A stretch of 56,455 nt of DNA. It comes from Neolecta irregularis DAH-3 (Eukaryota). The notes below the pieces were generated by a model that saw only the letters and a program-made list of their open reading frames with translations, had not been told where the DNA came from and made no database searches. The DNA lies in the NCBI GenBank assembly GCA_001929475.1, contig LXFE01000138.1, positions 1-56,455 on the forward strand, written 5' to 3'. Both the position numbers and the translations under genes were made by a program. Positions 36,671 to 50,984 of the stretch are shown piece by piece (position 1 is the stretch's first letter; each line of letters begins with the position of its first letter).

Positions 36671-38361
36671 ATGTCCTCTCCAGAGACTACGAGAGTTCCT
36701 CTGGCCATTCGCTCCACAAACTTCCAAAATCTCCCTTTCAAAGAGGCAAAATCTGTTGTAGATTCGACCCATACGTCGAAACGCTCGCTTGAGCTGACTC
36801 CGACTAAACACGCGTCCACAAACATTCAGATCACTTTGCGGAATTCAGCTAAACGGATCTGCCGAGATGATTCTCTAAAGACCAAACTGTTCCAGCAGCC
36901 GCAACTTCTCCAGGCTGCACGTAGACGCACTGTCTCTCAGGACCAACCGAGCCTTGCTCAGTGGCAGAAGCAGCTGAAAGCTGCATTCAAAAAATTTCAC
37001 TTCTACTTCGATGGCGTGGACGCGAACACCCAGCATGACATAACCAAGAAGATCCATTCGTTGGATGGGGTATCCAGTTAGCCACTTTCCATTCTGACCG
37101 GAAGCACATTGAACGTTTTTTCAGTGCAACGGTCTCTCACGTTGTGACAACTCGTCCAGTCCCTGTCATCGAGGAATTCGACGAAAAGAATCCTGGCGAT
37201 TTCAAAGAAGGAGGGGCACTCAAAGATCAAAGCCAGAGTCGAACCTTTTTAAATGGCGGACTCTTGGATTTTGCGGCAAAGCATCAAAGCAACGTTTTGC
37301 GATCTCAACGACAACCAAATGCCTTGGACACCGCTGTACAAACCCAAATCAAAGGACTTCGTCGGCTTCAGTCCAGTACAAATTCCAACCTTAGGGAAAG
37401 CTATACGAAGGGGTAAATGCATCTGAATTTCTCACTCTGACTACTAGGAATAAGATTGATGAATCTGACTTACTCGTCAAGGCACTTCGGATGGGGAAGA
37501 AAGTGTGGTCACTCGACAGTATAGATCTCATTTTGTTCTATACTAATCTGCAGAACTCGTCAATAAGATCCTTGCAAATCTCATTGAATCGAAACTGAAA
37601 ACCTCCCCTGCTGAAACAAATTTGTCAAACTTGCTTCGAGACGAGAAAGTATACGGTACGCGAGAAAGAGATCCCAATGTTCCACGAGTGGACTTTATCT
37701 ATTTTAAAGGACCTTACATCCTGGTCCGAGACTTGAACGAGCTCCACCGTCCCATCATGGTTCGTGAATACAATCGACCAGCAAATGGAAGAAATGTTGA
37801 CGGCGAGTGGCCCCAATTTCGAGCCACATCCGTAGGGCGGTGTCCTTTTGTTAAGGAGTCTAAAAGTCGACCGATTATACCAAAGCCAGAACCATCCAAA
37901 CGACATGTCTTCCCAAAAGATTCTATCGAGACTTTGGCTGTTCCAAACAAGGGAGACGTGAATGCATCTGGTATTGTTCAGAGCCAAACAACTTCGGCCA
38001 TTCTGTCACAACCATTCAAATCTGCTGGTGCAAGCCAGATTTTGGTTGCAACCTCAAAACAAGTCAATGATTTGAAGCGAAAGATGTTTGCAGGAAAAGC
38101 GGAGAAGAAGAAATCTCAGCCCCGAAAACGAGAGGAGTCGAGAAAGGTTAAAATTGAAAGTAAGCCCGGTTATTGTGAGAATTGTCGAGAACACTATGAA
38201 TGTCTTGACGATGTAAGTCACCCTTTTTCCATCAACGAATTCTCACTGTTTAGCATGCAAAAAGTAAAACCCATCGACAGTTCGCCACAAACAATGACAA
38301 CTTTATCGAATTGGACGAATTGTTAGTAAAATTGGGGCGTCCGCTAAAACATATTGAATGA
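36671..38361 (+). CDS. DBF4: DDK regulatory subunit Dbf4/Dfp1
   Basis: Motif N (FHFYFDG, IERFFS..VSHVVTTR), motif M (FKGPYILVRD..RPIMVREY, GRCPF), and the zinc finger GYCENCREHY..H....H. Confidence 0.92.
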
Positions 38362-38599
38362 AATTTGGGTTTTCCGTTTGATGGGGATTTGGAATACTAA
38401 ACGGGTAATGCTTGCCTTCTAGTGTATATAGAATTATGTGTCTCTCGATGAATGAAATAGTGGCACTAATACTGAAAAGTTGTAAACAGGTTCTGATCAC
38501 GGTTTCTGCTACTTACTTATCGCACCAAAAATTGCTTCCAACCTTGCAATAGCGGCGTCACTGCGGTCCCTTCCTCCGCGTATACGCAGATATCATACT

Positions 38600-39942
<1,343 letters not shown>

Positions 39943-40160
39943 AAAAGGATTTTTCTAGAGCAGCAGGCTATGCCATTCCTTACGCGTTCTCTGATCCAGA
40001 AGGCCAGCTTCAAATTCCATTTTACCAACAAATATCCCTGAGCAATGATGTCCTAGGCGCTCTATCCCCGGTATCCTTTATACCTACGAGTGAATATTAT
40101 ATACTGCGCTGTTCCTAGCAGAAAGTCACTTCTGCATTTTGCCCCGTATCACGCGAAGGC

Positions 40161-40345
40161 AGTATTGCGGAATGGTCATGCCACCGTCATGGGCTTAAAT
40201 GGGCAGTCAGCAAACAAGCAGCTTAGTCAATCGCCCCGGGTACACTGCCTGGCACTGAACCCATGGCAGTGGCGGTTGACTAAGCTGCCTGTCTGCTGAC
40301 TGCCCATCTAAGCCCATGACGGTCGCACGGTCCATCTGCAACACT
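40161..40345. repeat. Long inverted repeat / foldback element
   Basis: Core arms 40179-40235 and 40271-40327 (57 bp, 5 mismatches), extending imperfectly outward; 35-nt loop. Confidence 0.9.
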
Positions 40346-40436
40346 GTGGGAAGGTGAGACCGAGCCCATGCCACCAGAAATTCCTTGTTTGCTGTGGCCA
40401 ACGCCACTCGCTTAATTCTTGATTTGCAAACTCTTG

Positions 40437-41200
40437 ATGTCAATCCTGTCCAACCATCTTATCTTATCAGAGCTGATCATAAATATTGCTGATGCTGCTG
40501 ATATTGTTGCGCTTCTTCGAGTTGACAGAGCAACCAACAATGCATTGCAAATTGTTCGAGCAGGCCTGGTAGTTCAATTATCTTTTGCGTCGAAACCCGT
40601 AAGAAATAAGGATATTATCAGGGGACCCTTCTTCGACCTTGTGGAATCGCGCCATCTTGCCGATTTGAATCTCGAAAATACACACATCACGTCCAAGTCT
40701 ATTCGAGAAATTATAAAAAGTTGTCTAAACCTTGAGAAACTCAACATTCGTCACTGCCGAAAGGTTCAGGTTCTCGACCTTGTAGTATTTTTTCGGACCC
40801 TTCTCTCCAAAGCTACTCTGGTTTCTTTGAAGAAATTTCAATGTTCTGGAATCACAGGATTACTCCTGGATGAAAGATACGTAGGAAAGGCGGAGTGGAT
40901 GTACGAAGTAAGGCATGTTGAAGCTGACGAGCTCATACTTTGTAGTATCATTGTCCAGACAATCAAAACATTCCAAAACTCACTATTCCCCTTGATGCTC
41001 TTGGCATAAATGGAGACATCCACTTTTGTGCTATATGTCCTCGTCCTCAAAATCTTCGATACTGCAAAGCAGCCGACTATGATGGCCCTCATGTCGAATG
41101 CAAGACCTGCTGTAAGCGCTACTGGTTATGCTTGAAATGTTTGGAGAATTCGAACTTTGTAGATTGGATCTCGTCTCATTTGTTTTGCGACATTTCGTGA
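40437..41200 (+). CDS. F-box-like/LRR protein with Cys-rich C-terminus
   Basis: LRRs LADLNLENTHIT and CLNLEKLNIRHC; one intron leads to CAIC, CKTCC, CLKC. Confidence 0.6.
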
Positions 41201-41268
41201 GTAGCGACGATCGTGATTCGACAAGGAACTTTTGCAAACCCACCATCTGATTTTTCTCGGCAGGCTGA

Positions 41269-42897
41269 ATGTCAGATATTGCATTTCCTCTTCCGCCTGT
41301 CTTTGTCGCTTTATCTCGGTCATCTACACGACGGACAAATCGATCCGTAGCAAGGCCTCTGCCTCAGTCAATTCGTTCCAGCGGGCCGCCTATTTACAGT
41401 TTACCTGGTTCCATCTTAGTCCGAATATTCTCTTTTCTCGTCTTGAATCACGCTATCCTATCAACCCTCCTGGTCAACAGCAAATTCCATGATCTCTCGA
41501 TACCTCAGCTTTACAAACATGTGCGGTTGAGATTGGACGCAAAGACCTTGCAGTTTTTCATCACCATAGAACGGTATCTCTCTGGCCTGCGTAACCTTTT
41601 TGATGAATTTAGATATCCTGATCGGACTGTCCATATCGTCTCTATATGCCAAAATATTACTGCTTTGCAATACTGGGCCTCGCCTGAGGCTTTTACAAGC
41701 AAGAGTCTACCGGACGAATGCGTTGATAACCCATATATTGAAGTGATTACGAAACTCTGCGCGGAGCTTATACCAAAATGCCTAAACCTAAGGTCATTCT
41801 CATTTGCAGATTTCAGTAGCGCTGCTCCAACTATTCAAACCATAAAGTCACTCTCTACGAGACCCAAACTCAAAAGTATCACCGTTGCAGGATTATTCTC
41901 ATCAAGTCGCCGCAAATCAGAGCTCGCTTGTTTCAGAAAGCTTGGACGCCTTTCAGGACTATCTGATGTCACAATTCTGGGCGGTTCAAAATCTCAAGCA
42001 GATCTTGAAGTAATCGGCAAAAGCTGCAATAAATTCCTTAAATCGCAGAAGCAATTGACATCGCTCGGTATAAAATACCTGAACTTATCTTCAAATTTAA
42101 TATTCAATACTCCACCATGGAAGAGTCTCGCTATTCTACGGTTACAATATATGCGTCTTGAAGCAGCTACATTCGACCAGTTCATTCGGTTCACACCGTC
42201 GTTACGTTTGTTGACTGCCTTCGAAGTCATGCTTGACAGCGATTCTGGCCGGCAGAGTGATGGCATATTCTCCATGTTGGCTCGAGTAAAGATATGGAAG
42301 AAACCAATGCATCTTTCATTTGAATACAGTCCAGAAGATAACTTGAACCTTGAAAAACTTTGTGTTTCAGACCCATTATCTGAAGCACAGTTCCTTGAAC
42401 TGGGACGTATACTGTCATCGTACAAAATTGCCGAATTGGCCGTTCTTGACATGCTGGATGGTACAACAATGACCCATAAAATTGCCCGAATGATCTCAAA
42501 TCTCTCAAATTTGCAGCACCTTACACTTTTCTGCAACCTTGAACTAATGGGGAAAAATCCGGAAGCGTTCGCCGAAATCTTTTCAAAGTTGATGCTGCTT
42601 GAGGCTGTGGATATGGGCAGTCGTTTTCAGTATTCTGACCAATCAATCTTTAAGCTTGCTCGTATTTACGGAACGAGAATAGGTAATCTTGAGGGAATCT
42701 CTATCGGTGCCAAAAGAGCGACAATCTTCAGGGATGACGAGTCTGGAGAAATTACTGAAATTAAAATCGACAAGCCAACGATATTCAATGATATGGAGAA
42801 AGAAACGCCCCAGCTTCGATACGACCTATTGCGCAACATTCGGCTTTCACCTAGCCTAGATGATCTGGATGCTCTTGAAAAGCAACTGTTTATGTAG
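41269..42897 (+). CDS. Intronless F-box/LRR protein, 542 aa
   Basis: SLPGSILVRIFSFL...LLVNSKFHDLSIPQLYKHVRL F-box; repeated LxxLxL segments. Confidence 0.8.
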   Translation: MSDIAFPLPPVFVALSRSSTRRTNRSVARPLPQSIRSSGPPIYSLPGSILVRIFSFLVLNHAILSTLLVNSKFHDLSIPQLYKHVRLRLDAKTLQFFITIERYLSGLRNLFDEFRYPDRTVHIVSICQNITALQYWASPEAFTSKSLPDECVDNPYIEVITKLCAELIPKCLNLRSFSFADFSSAAPTIQTIKSLSTRPKLKSITVAGLFSSSRRKSELACFRKLGRLSGLSDVTILGGSKSQADLEVIGKSCNKFLKSQKQLTSLGIKYLNLSSNLIFNTPPWKSLAILRLQYMRLEAATFDQFIRFTPSLRLLTAFEVMLDSDSGRQSDGIFSMLARVKIWKKPMHLSFEYSPEDNLNLEKLCVSDPLSEAQFLELGRILSSYKIAELAVLDMLDGTTMTHKIARMISNLSNLQHLTLFCNLELMGKNPEAFAEIFSKLMLLEAVDMGSRFQYSDQSIFKLARIYGTRIGNLEGISIGAKRATIFRDDESGEITEIKIDKPTIFNDMEKETPQLRYDLLRNIRLSPSLDDLDALEKQLFM

Positions 42898-43003
42898 GAA
42901 AAGCTATTTACAAATGTATATATATTATGGTTATGTGGATATGGGAGAACCCTTGTTAGGCGGGGCGATTGTCGGAGTCGAGCTACCTATCACTCCAACC
43001 ACC

Positions 43004-45080
43004 ATGAATAACCATAGTCAATCGCCTTCGGGCCGTTATTCATCCAGATCAAATGCCCAGTCTTCGCTCAGAAATATCTCTACCTTGATCGATGATCTGT
43101 CGTCTGCCTCGCTGGCAGACTCGCTTGAACAGAGTCCCCTGTTGACAAGACAACTGAAGCGGACAACTCTTGGTGCACACCAAATCCAAGCAAGTACACC
43201 ATGTCGATTTCCGGTCTCGGATACACCTGTGCCTTTGAAGGAAGGTGATGATCCAGAGTCATTGGCAAATGATACTCTCATTAATTCGACAATCGGAACC
43301 ATATCTCGTCACTTCAATCCCACAACGTTCAGTATACCCCGGATGAACCAAGGTTAGTCTATATTTTTAATTCGCTTACCGGTAGGAAAAACAGCAAAAA
43401 TAGAAGACCACCTTTATACTCGCGGATTTCTAGAGGGAGCATGCTTTGATGTAGTGGTGAAAGCATTCGGAACTTCATATAATCTCCATCGGATAATCCT
43501 AGATCGAGCACCCTTCTTTTCTTCTTTATTTGCTGGACCATGGACAGACTCTGACACTCCATCGGTCGAATTACAGTTCGATGACCCAAATATCACACAA
43601 ACATCATTTGAAGCGGCTATCGCCCGGCTATATGGAAAAATGGATTTCCAGGAAGAAGAAAGATCATGTCTTTCTTTGCTTGCTACAGCGGCATACCTCG
43701 ATATGCAGGATCTAGTTGAACGGTGTCTAAATAGCGTCTTGAAGTCTCTCAGCTGCAATAATGTTGCGGATAGACTCAAATTCGCAAACGGCAGTCGTTA
43801 CTACGGACTGCCTAGTGAACGTCTCAGTGAAGCATGTCGAGCCCTCCTCTGCAGAGATGGTTGGGAAATGGGTGCGCAAAATTGGGATGATATCTCGTCA
43901 GAGACGACTGCTAGTGTGATTGCCTCGGATTCATTCTGGGTTGCCACTGAATATGACCGTTACGTATTTGCCAGAAATATGTTAGAATGGCGGATGTCTA
44001 TATTCGACGAAACTGATTTAAAACCTTTGAGAGACGTCCTTAATGGAAGCATTCATTATATGCACATGTCCTTCGAACAACTTCAGAGTATTGGTACAGA
44101 TCGAAATAAGTATAACAATCAGTTATTCGTCCGCCCTGATGTTATCCATGATGCTTTATGGTGAGCCATCCATTGGGGTTTGCTTGATGATTGATTATCA
44201 GGAATCAGATGATATTGCGACAAACTGTCTTGAATACTTCCCCAGACTCTGTTTCTCTGGGGGTCTCTTCTACAAGTTCACCCACCGATGATATACGTTT
44301 CTATTCGATTCCCACTTCAGATACAACGTTAATAGGCGATCCAGTGTGTTTTATCAACTCCTTAAACTGATCAATAGTTCTCTGAGCAATACATCAAGAT
44401 GGGCGGTGAACGCAAAGACGCTAGTCTTCCTTGGAGTCAATATCCTCCATTCCGATTTTCAGTCGAATTTACCGGAGTCAAAGGTCTAAAAGAGGATAAA
44501 CGAGTCTACTCAAGGACTGTATTCTATGCAGGTTCACACTGGAATGTATGATTTAGAGTCGTTCACGGGTGATTAACTTTTCAGATTTATATACAAAAAG
44601 TTAAGACGAGGAAGAATTTGCAGTTGGGTGTGTATCTTCACAGAGCCAAAGATAAGACACCTGAGGTCTTCTTAACACCTGAACGCATCTCTCAATTAGA
44701 AAGGGATCTATTCAGTCGTCGTTCAGACAACCCGGAATTGCAGAATTCCGACGAAGAGCCGTCAAGTCCGGTAGCTGCTGCCGAATTTGCACGGTCTGAA
44801 CCTATTGTCGTCTCTGCATTGCCTTCATATGTAGACCATCGGCCGACAATTCAGACGTACTTCAAGATCTTTTGTCCTTCTCGTCGTGGCAGAGTTGGCA
44901 TGACAGAATTCAATTCCTCGCCAGATCAGTTCAATCATTCACAAAGTTGGGTATGTAGTGTCTGATACTTGGCCTGATGATGGTTAGGGGTGGAAAAGTA
45001 GTAGTCTTTGTTTAGATGATAAGCAGGACGAAGATGTGCAGGATTCAATCAAATTTATGGTTATCCTTGGGAATGTTTAG
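43004..45080 (+). CDS. BTB/POZ protein with C-terminal MATH-like region (germ cell-less-like)
   Basis: DVVVKAFGTSYNLHRIILDRAPFF, LATAAYLDM, YPPFRFSVEF, FYAGSHWN, SQSWGWKSS. Confidence 0.82.
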
Positions 45081-45127
45081 GCGCACGGTTAGATATTTTT
45101 GAAGGTCGCATTTGAATTGTATGCCTA

Positions 45128-47073
45128 TTAATGGGAGGAACTGATTGATGTTATAATACCTGCGCTGGAATTGCGATTCTTTTTATTTTCTTGATCGAAT
45201 TTCTCCAGAAATCCCCTGCGGTTTTTGAGTTGTCCTTTATGCACCCGGTCGAGTTTTTGCAATGTTTCAAAGTCGCCTTGCCGGATCAGGGTATCTTCTT
45301 CGTCTGTCCAAATTTGCGGATGTCGAGATGGATCTTTAATCAGCCAGCCAATCATCATTTCAGGGTTACCTTGACCCTTCGAAGCTGCTTCTAATATAAC
45401 CAAGGCAGCGTCACTGTTGCCAGATGCGCGAAACAAGGCTTTCACCACATCGATCTCTTCTAGTTGATACTTGTTTGCTTTCATAGCTATCCATGCATCC
45501 TCGGGGAGAGTAGATATGCGACGAGATGACTTTTGACGCTTAGTTCTGCCTGCAACAGTAGGTCTGCCATGTGTAGAACGCTCGCTTGGGCATGAATCTT
45601 TATTTTCTAGGGGTTTCAACTCGTTCCCTTCGACGAATTTGTCACTTTGTTTAAATCGACTCCAAAGATTGTTGACAACTTCGACGAAGGGGGGATCATC
45701 CAAACTTATACCGAGAAGATCTTCGTCATTGAGATTCTCATTTTGATTTTGAGTATCAAGGACACGATCCGGGGTTGATGGAACTTCGGTAATTCCCAAT
45801 TTTTTCTTTTTATGTCGAATCGGGCTGGAGGGTGTTTCAGGGATCCGGGGATTAGCTTGCGAGGGTGATTGTAGATTCTCGTCCCGATCTTCGGTTCCCA
45901 GAAGCCGATCTATCATTTCATCATCCTCGTCTAATGCTATAGATGTTGAACCATTTTGTTCTTGATGTTACCGGACCATCTCTAATAGTAACATACTTGT
46001 CGACAACTTCCTCTTCTTCCTCGGCGGTTCATCTTGCGAACTGGACACAAGCCCCAGTTTGCCTTCGTTCTTACGTTCACTATTATTCGCTGCCCAATCT
46101 ATTTCGGGCGGTAACCTTGGGATTTCGACGTTGTGAGAGTGTCCAGACTTGTGCAATTCACGAGGATGCTGATTTGTTAATAAGAAACTTCTGTAACTAA
46201 TGAACCTTGTTCCTTAACTGCTCCTGCAGCACAGAATTTTCAAGGTACTTGTTACCTTTGTTTTTCGAAATTTCCGAGATCTCCGCTGGTCTAGGCTTGC
46301 TATGATCCTGGGTTCTCATAGAACGAGACGACCTGATAATCGTTGGGGAAGCATCAGCTTCCACGGTCTCTGATAGCTTGTGCTTCTCTAATAAGGGCTT
46401 GAGAGTTTTGACCCAACGAGCTCTCCAGGACTGGGCACTATGGGACGGGAACTATTTATTAATATGAAAAGTGGGCTGGTAATACTTCTTCTGCAATCTC
46501 TTCGAATAACTTCAGCCCCTGGGTTGCATGTGTTGCAGATGTAATACGACTGATCAAAATCTGGTCTTCTTCTTTGGAGAAGGGAATACGAGACTGCTTG
46601 GGGGGGCCGGATATGTTTGCAGGAAGGAAGGTACTGTCAAAGTAAGCCACGGCAGCACATCCTTTTGAGTTACTACTGTGGGTTTTTCACTGTTGATGCC
46701 ATTTCTTCACTTTGGTATGGTTTCATGTCGAGTAATTCTCTGGCCTTGAGACAATCGGTTATCCATTTGTAGCTGGTGTAGTTGTTCAAAAGGTCTGACT
46801 TCTTCAAATGATCGAAGATAGGAATACAGCCGGGAAAGCCGAGGGTATTAACTGTTTTTCCTCCGTTGATCTGCGAAGTCAAAATGTGTGGTGACGCAGG
46901 TTGGATACTTCGATATCAGTTTTGAGATTTTGTCGTCCAAAAACATCCTGGTGCAAGTAAAATACAAGCGGCTGTCCATCAGGGCTGCGAAAAAGTAACG
47001 TTTTCTGGTCGCTTGTCGACGAAAGTGGTTGATTGGTGGGACAGAGTATTGCTGGCTTTGTTTTGGGGGTCAT
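45128..47073 (-). CDS. RAP1: Telomere protein Rap1 (BRCT, Myb, RCT)
   Basis: BRCT-like IEINGGK..SYKWITDC, Myb RIPFSKEED..FPSHSAQSWRARWVK, RCT-like IWTDEED..RRGFL. Confidence 0.82.
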
Positions 47074-47149
47074 AAAACGGACATGGAGTCGAAAACATCC
47101 AAAGATATCTATTCTATGATATGCCCCATGCAACATTGCCCAATCCTTA

Positions 47150-48014
47150 CTACTTATTTTTTGGTCTCCCAGTAAAGGGCAAACCAAAGCCTGAGCAGAG
47201 TAGCCGTGCTTCCCTATCTGTGGTCGCAGAGGTCTGGATGGTGATATCAAATCCCGTCAATTTTGGAAACATGTCATAGTTGCTTTCAATCTGCGGAAAC
47301 AGAGCAAGAGCTGTCGAAGACAGTCCAAAGGCGATATTTCCCGTGCCGTCTCCAGAAATGAAATTGATTCCTTGCCAATCTTTAACACGGGGCAGGACGA
47401 GTTCTGTTAGAACAGAAAGAAACCTGTACATCTGTGCACCTTTCAACTGCACCAAGGTTGCAATGGGAATGCCTCAGATTTAGCAAGGGACAAGAATCCG
47501 GTTTACCTTCTCTCAAGTTCCAGGGAGCAACACCGGTTTTCGAATTCCGAATTTCGGGTTTGGCGCCAGTTATGCACTGAAAAGCCATCATGGCGCTTAG
47601 TAAAGCAGACTTGTTACTGATGGCTTCTTTTACCATTGCGTGTAAAACAATGCCTTCAAGCTTTGGGATATTTCGATGGTTCCGCGGATCTGAGAGAGGT
47701 CGCAGGGTCCTTCTGCCTTTGGGTATTCTTGGAGGACGGTTTTTATGGTAGGGCGAGGTGCCGTCCCATTCCTGCAGTTTGTTTAATCTCGGTGCAGGTT
47801 CCTGTCCCGGTGGGTAATGGAAATAGGTCAAAGCAAGTATGTCCGAAGCCAGCGTATCGTTATAATGCTCCTTCATGCGACACTGGGAAATCGGACCCGG
47901 TCGATATTCCGGAGACATGGGATGTGAAGTTGGGAGTGGAACATTCTTGCCCAGATGCGCCTTTGTGATCTTCTTTGTGTGAAACGCTCTGCGGAAACAG
48001 AATGGCAATGTCAT
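47150..48014 (-). CDS. MRPL7: Mitochondrial ribosomal protein uL5m
   Basis: WDGTSPYHKNRP, QCITG, WNLREG, LVLPRVKDWQG, GFDITIQTSA; one intron. Confidence 0.93.
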
Positions 48015-48109
48015 TGGGACAAACTGTGGCTCTTGACCAAACGTTTATTTTCTCTAGAATTTCCTTGTGCGCACGTGATTAATCGCAAAACTCATTAATA
48101 GCCTTGCGC

Positions 48110-49307
48110 ATGAAATTCAAGCGCCTCCGGAAAACATCGCCCCGACAGCCGCAACTAGAAAACGAGGCAGATGTGCAGGTTAGGTTCTGTAGGATGTGCG
48201 TTTTAATGGCGGCTCCAGATAAACCGGATTGTTGCAGACATCGAGCAGCTGGGTCTGTTGATTGCCAGAGACAATGTTGCGCAGGTGTTCTACGGACCGT
48301 ATGCGTCCCGCGATTCCGAGAAAGCAAAAGAACTTTTGATGATGCTCCGATATGCAGAAGATGGGCGAATTGAGGAAATCTGTCCGTCGATAGGCATGAG
48401 AGGTGCCCAGAACATCAGATCGTCCTGTTATCTGAATTCGCTGTTGTTCGTTATGTTTGCCCATACCGATGTGTTTGAACCAATCCTCTACAAAAGGTTT
48501 GAGGACTCTGTTGCTCATCAAAATATGTGTGCGGGATTGAGACTATGGGTTAATATGCTCCGTACTGGTAAATTGATCACTTGTGATATTACCGACCAAG
48601 TTCGTGCCAAACTCTCCATCGCCTGCGAATGGGACAGTTTCGACAAGAACTCGGAAGAAGATGTATCAGAGGCATTCATGAGGATCACCGAGGCTCTGCA
48701 TATGCCTTTGCTCACTTTTCTGGTCGATTATGCTCACGAGGGCCTTGAAATACCCAATCAAGATCACAAATTCGAACAAGGCCGTCTTTTAAATGTAATA
48801 GTTCCGTTGGGAGAGGCGAAAATTTCTCTCCAAGAGGCCATCAATTCTACTTTTGGTGACACTATAGCCATGAACCGCGGTGGAAGCGTCAATGCTCTCA
48901 AATTGACTACGATTTATGCTTCCCCTACAGATGGCGACACTATGTCAAGCTTTTTGCCAAAACATCCAGTGATAGGAATGCAACTTCAAGATTATACTCG
49001 AAAACGCGCCGTCATCATACCGGAAGCACTGCCGCATTCAATAATCCTGGTCGACGATGCGAGCAGATCAAAATTTCTGAGACTTCGCAGCGTAATACAT
49101 CATCGCGGGGGATATGATTGGGGACATTACTTTTCTTACTCGGTTGACGATGATTGTCAGTGGTGGAAATTTGACGATTTGCTAGAAGATGGATACAAGG
49201 TATCGGCTATCGACACCAAAGACTTTCTTGAGAGCGAAATGACGTACGCCTTTACTTAGTTCCCTCTAAGACTTAGTTATATGATCTTTTATGAACTGTA
49301 TGAGTAA
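48110..49307 (+). CDS. Ubiquitin-specific protease (C19), CYLD-like
   Basis: Cys box SSCYLNSLLFVMF, EEDVSEAF, His box IHHRGG..WGHY, WWKFDD; two introns. Confidence 0.82.
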
Positions 49308-49356
49308 ACTGGTGTTTGGGACAGGTAAATGGAAACGCTATATAATTTTGTACAAT

Positions 49357-50875
49357 TCATTTCGTAATAATGGATATTACATCCTCATCTGCGACCGGGA
49401 AGTTTAACCCCACTTGGCATTAGTAAGATTTGGTCATGGTTGTAAATACCTCTCTGTGGTTGATGCTTTGCACTTCGTCCCCACACATAACATGTCTTGA
49501 AGTTTTCAGCGATATTCCGATGAATTGCATGACACTTTCTCATAAGAAAAAGGACCAAAGTTTTTATTACCACATCCTCGACGGTGCTATTATCTCTTAC
49601 AATCAAAGCTTCCTTAAAGTCAGGATACTGACCACGCCTTTGAGTCAGTCAGGAGGTAAGCACAATTCACTTTTTGGTGTATATCCTCAATAAACCGAGT
49701 TCATCCCATATGCGATCGAGGAGGTAATCAAGATTTAGACTCCATTCGCAACTAATGACGACGGTATTTGGTTCTCTTGCCAACCTATCGACTTCTTCTA
49801 GACTGATACAGTCTATCTTGTTGTAGACATAAAGACTAGGCGTTAGAACAAGCCAAAATTACTCAATACCATTTTATATATTTTCGATGTGATTCGAGGA
49901 TTACATCCACGAAATCATCTACTGCAGGTCAAAGGATAACCTTTGAGGAAGAAGCACGCGTTACGTCCTCTCGAATGAGCACGTTGGCATTGTGTATCTG
50001 ATATTCCCTTAGAATACCCTGAACAGTCCTTTCGTCGATGTGCGTAAGTTTACAAGTCGCATTAAAAGTAATTCCCCCACCGGTTTTGATCTGGAGCGTT
50101 AGATCAACTAGAGTAAGACATACCTTGAAACTTATGTTGGGTTTTGATTTATTTAATCTGATGCCAACAGATTGGAGTTCTTTCTACTCTAAGAATTGAC
50201 TTGAGTGACTGTACCTCTAGCAGCCGTCTCTGATCACGACTCTTTGCGCAATCTAATACAATTAAAATCAGATCGGCTGTCTTTGCAGCTGCTATCACTT
50301 GTCGTCCTCGTCCCTTGCCTTGCAAATCAGATGTGGGGGTATGACTGAGATACCTTCAGAAGCACCTTGAATGATTCCGGGCAAATCCAGAGCCTGAATC
50401 TCAGCCCCATCATACTCAATTACGCCTAATGTATCAGTTACTTATCCGGCCAAGAGTACCTGGAATTGCGGTGAGAGTGGTGAATTCGTATGAAGCCACT
50501 TCTGATTTTGTTTTCGTGAGCTGAAATATTTCAGAGTCTGCAGAAAAGGACAAGGTACTTTTGACAATAATGTCGATTTCCCTACAGACCTTTTTGGTAA
50601 AAAATATCGTCCAGTTCAAAGTCTTACGGAAACCCAATAAACGCAACACGAGCATCTAAAAATTAATGTACAAAATGGATTTACAGACCCCCGGACATCC
50701 GTACATAGAAGCCTTCTCCTGGTGATTTCCCACTGCCGGCAGCAGGCTCGAGTAACTGGGCTCGATATCTCGCGAGTTTTGCTTTCAGCAAGCCCAAATG
50801 ATATTCAGTAGCCTTATTTTTCTGTGTCCTCGCCATTTCAATTTCAATCTCTTTAATCTTTTCCGTGATTCCCAT
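49357..50875 (-). CDS. RBG2: DRG2-type ribosome-interacting GTPase
   Basis: [47 protein letters not shown] domain; about eleven introns. Confidence 0.93.
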
Positions 50876-50984
50876 TTTTTGTTCTTACAAGTGAATCGTA
50901 AACCAGAGAGATTTCGTTTGATGATCTCGTAAACCAGAGTGATCGAAAACTCGGGGTGATCTCGACCGCATCGCCATAACCTCC

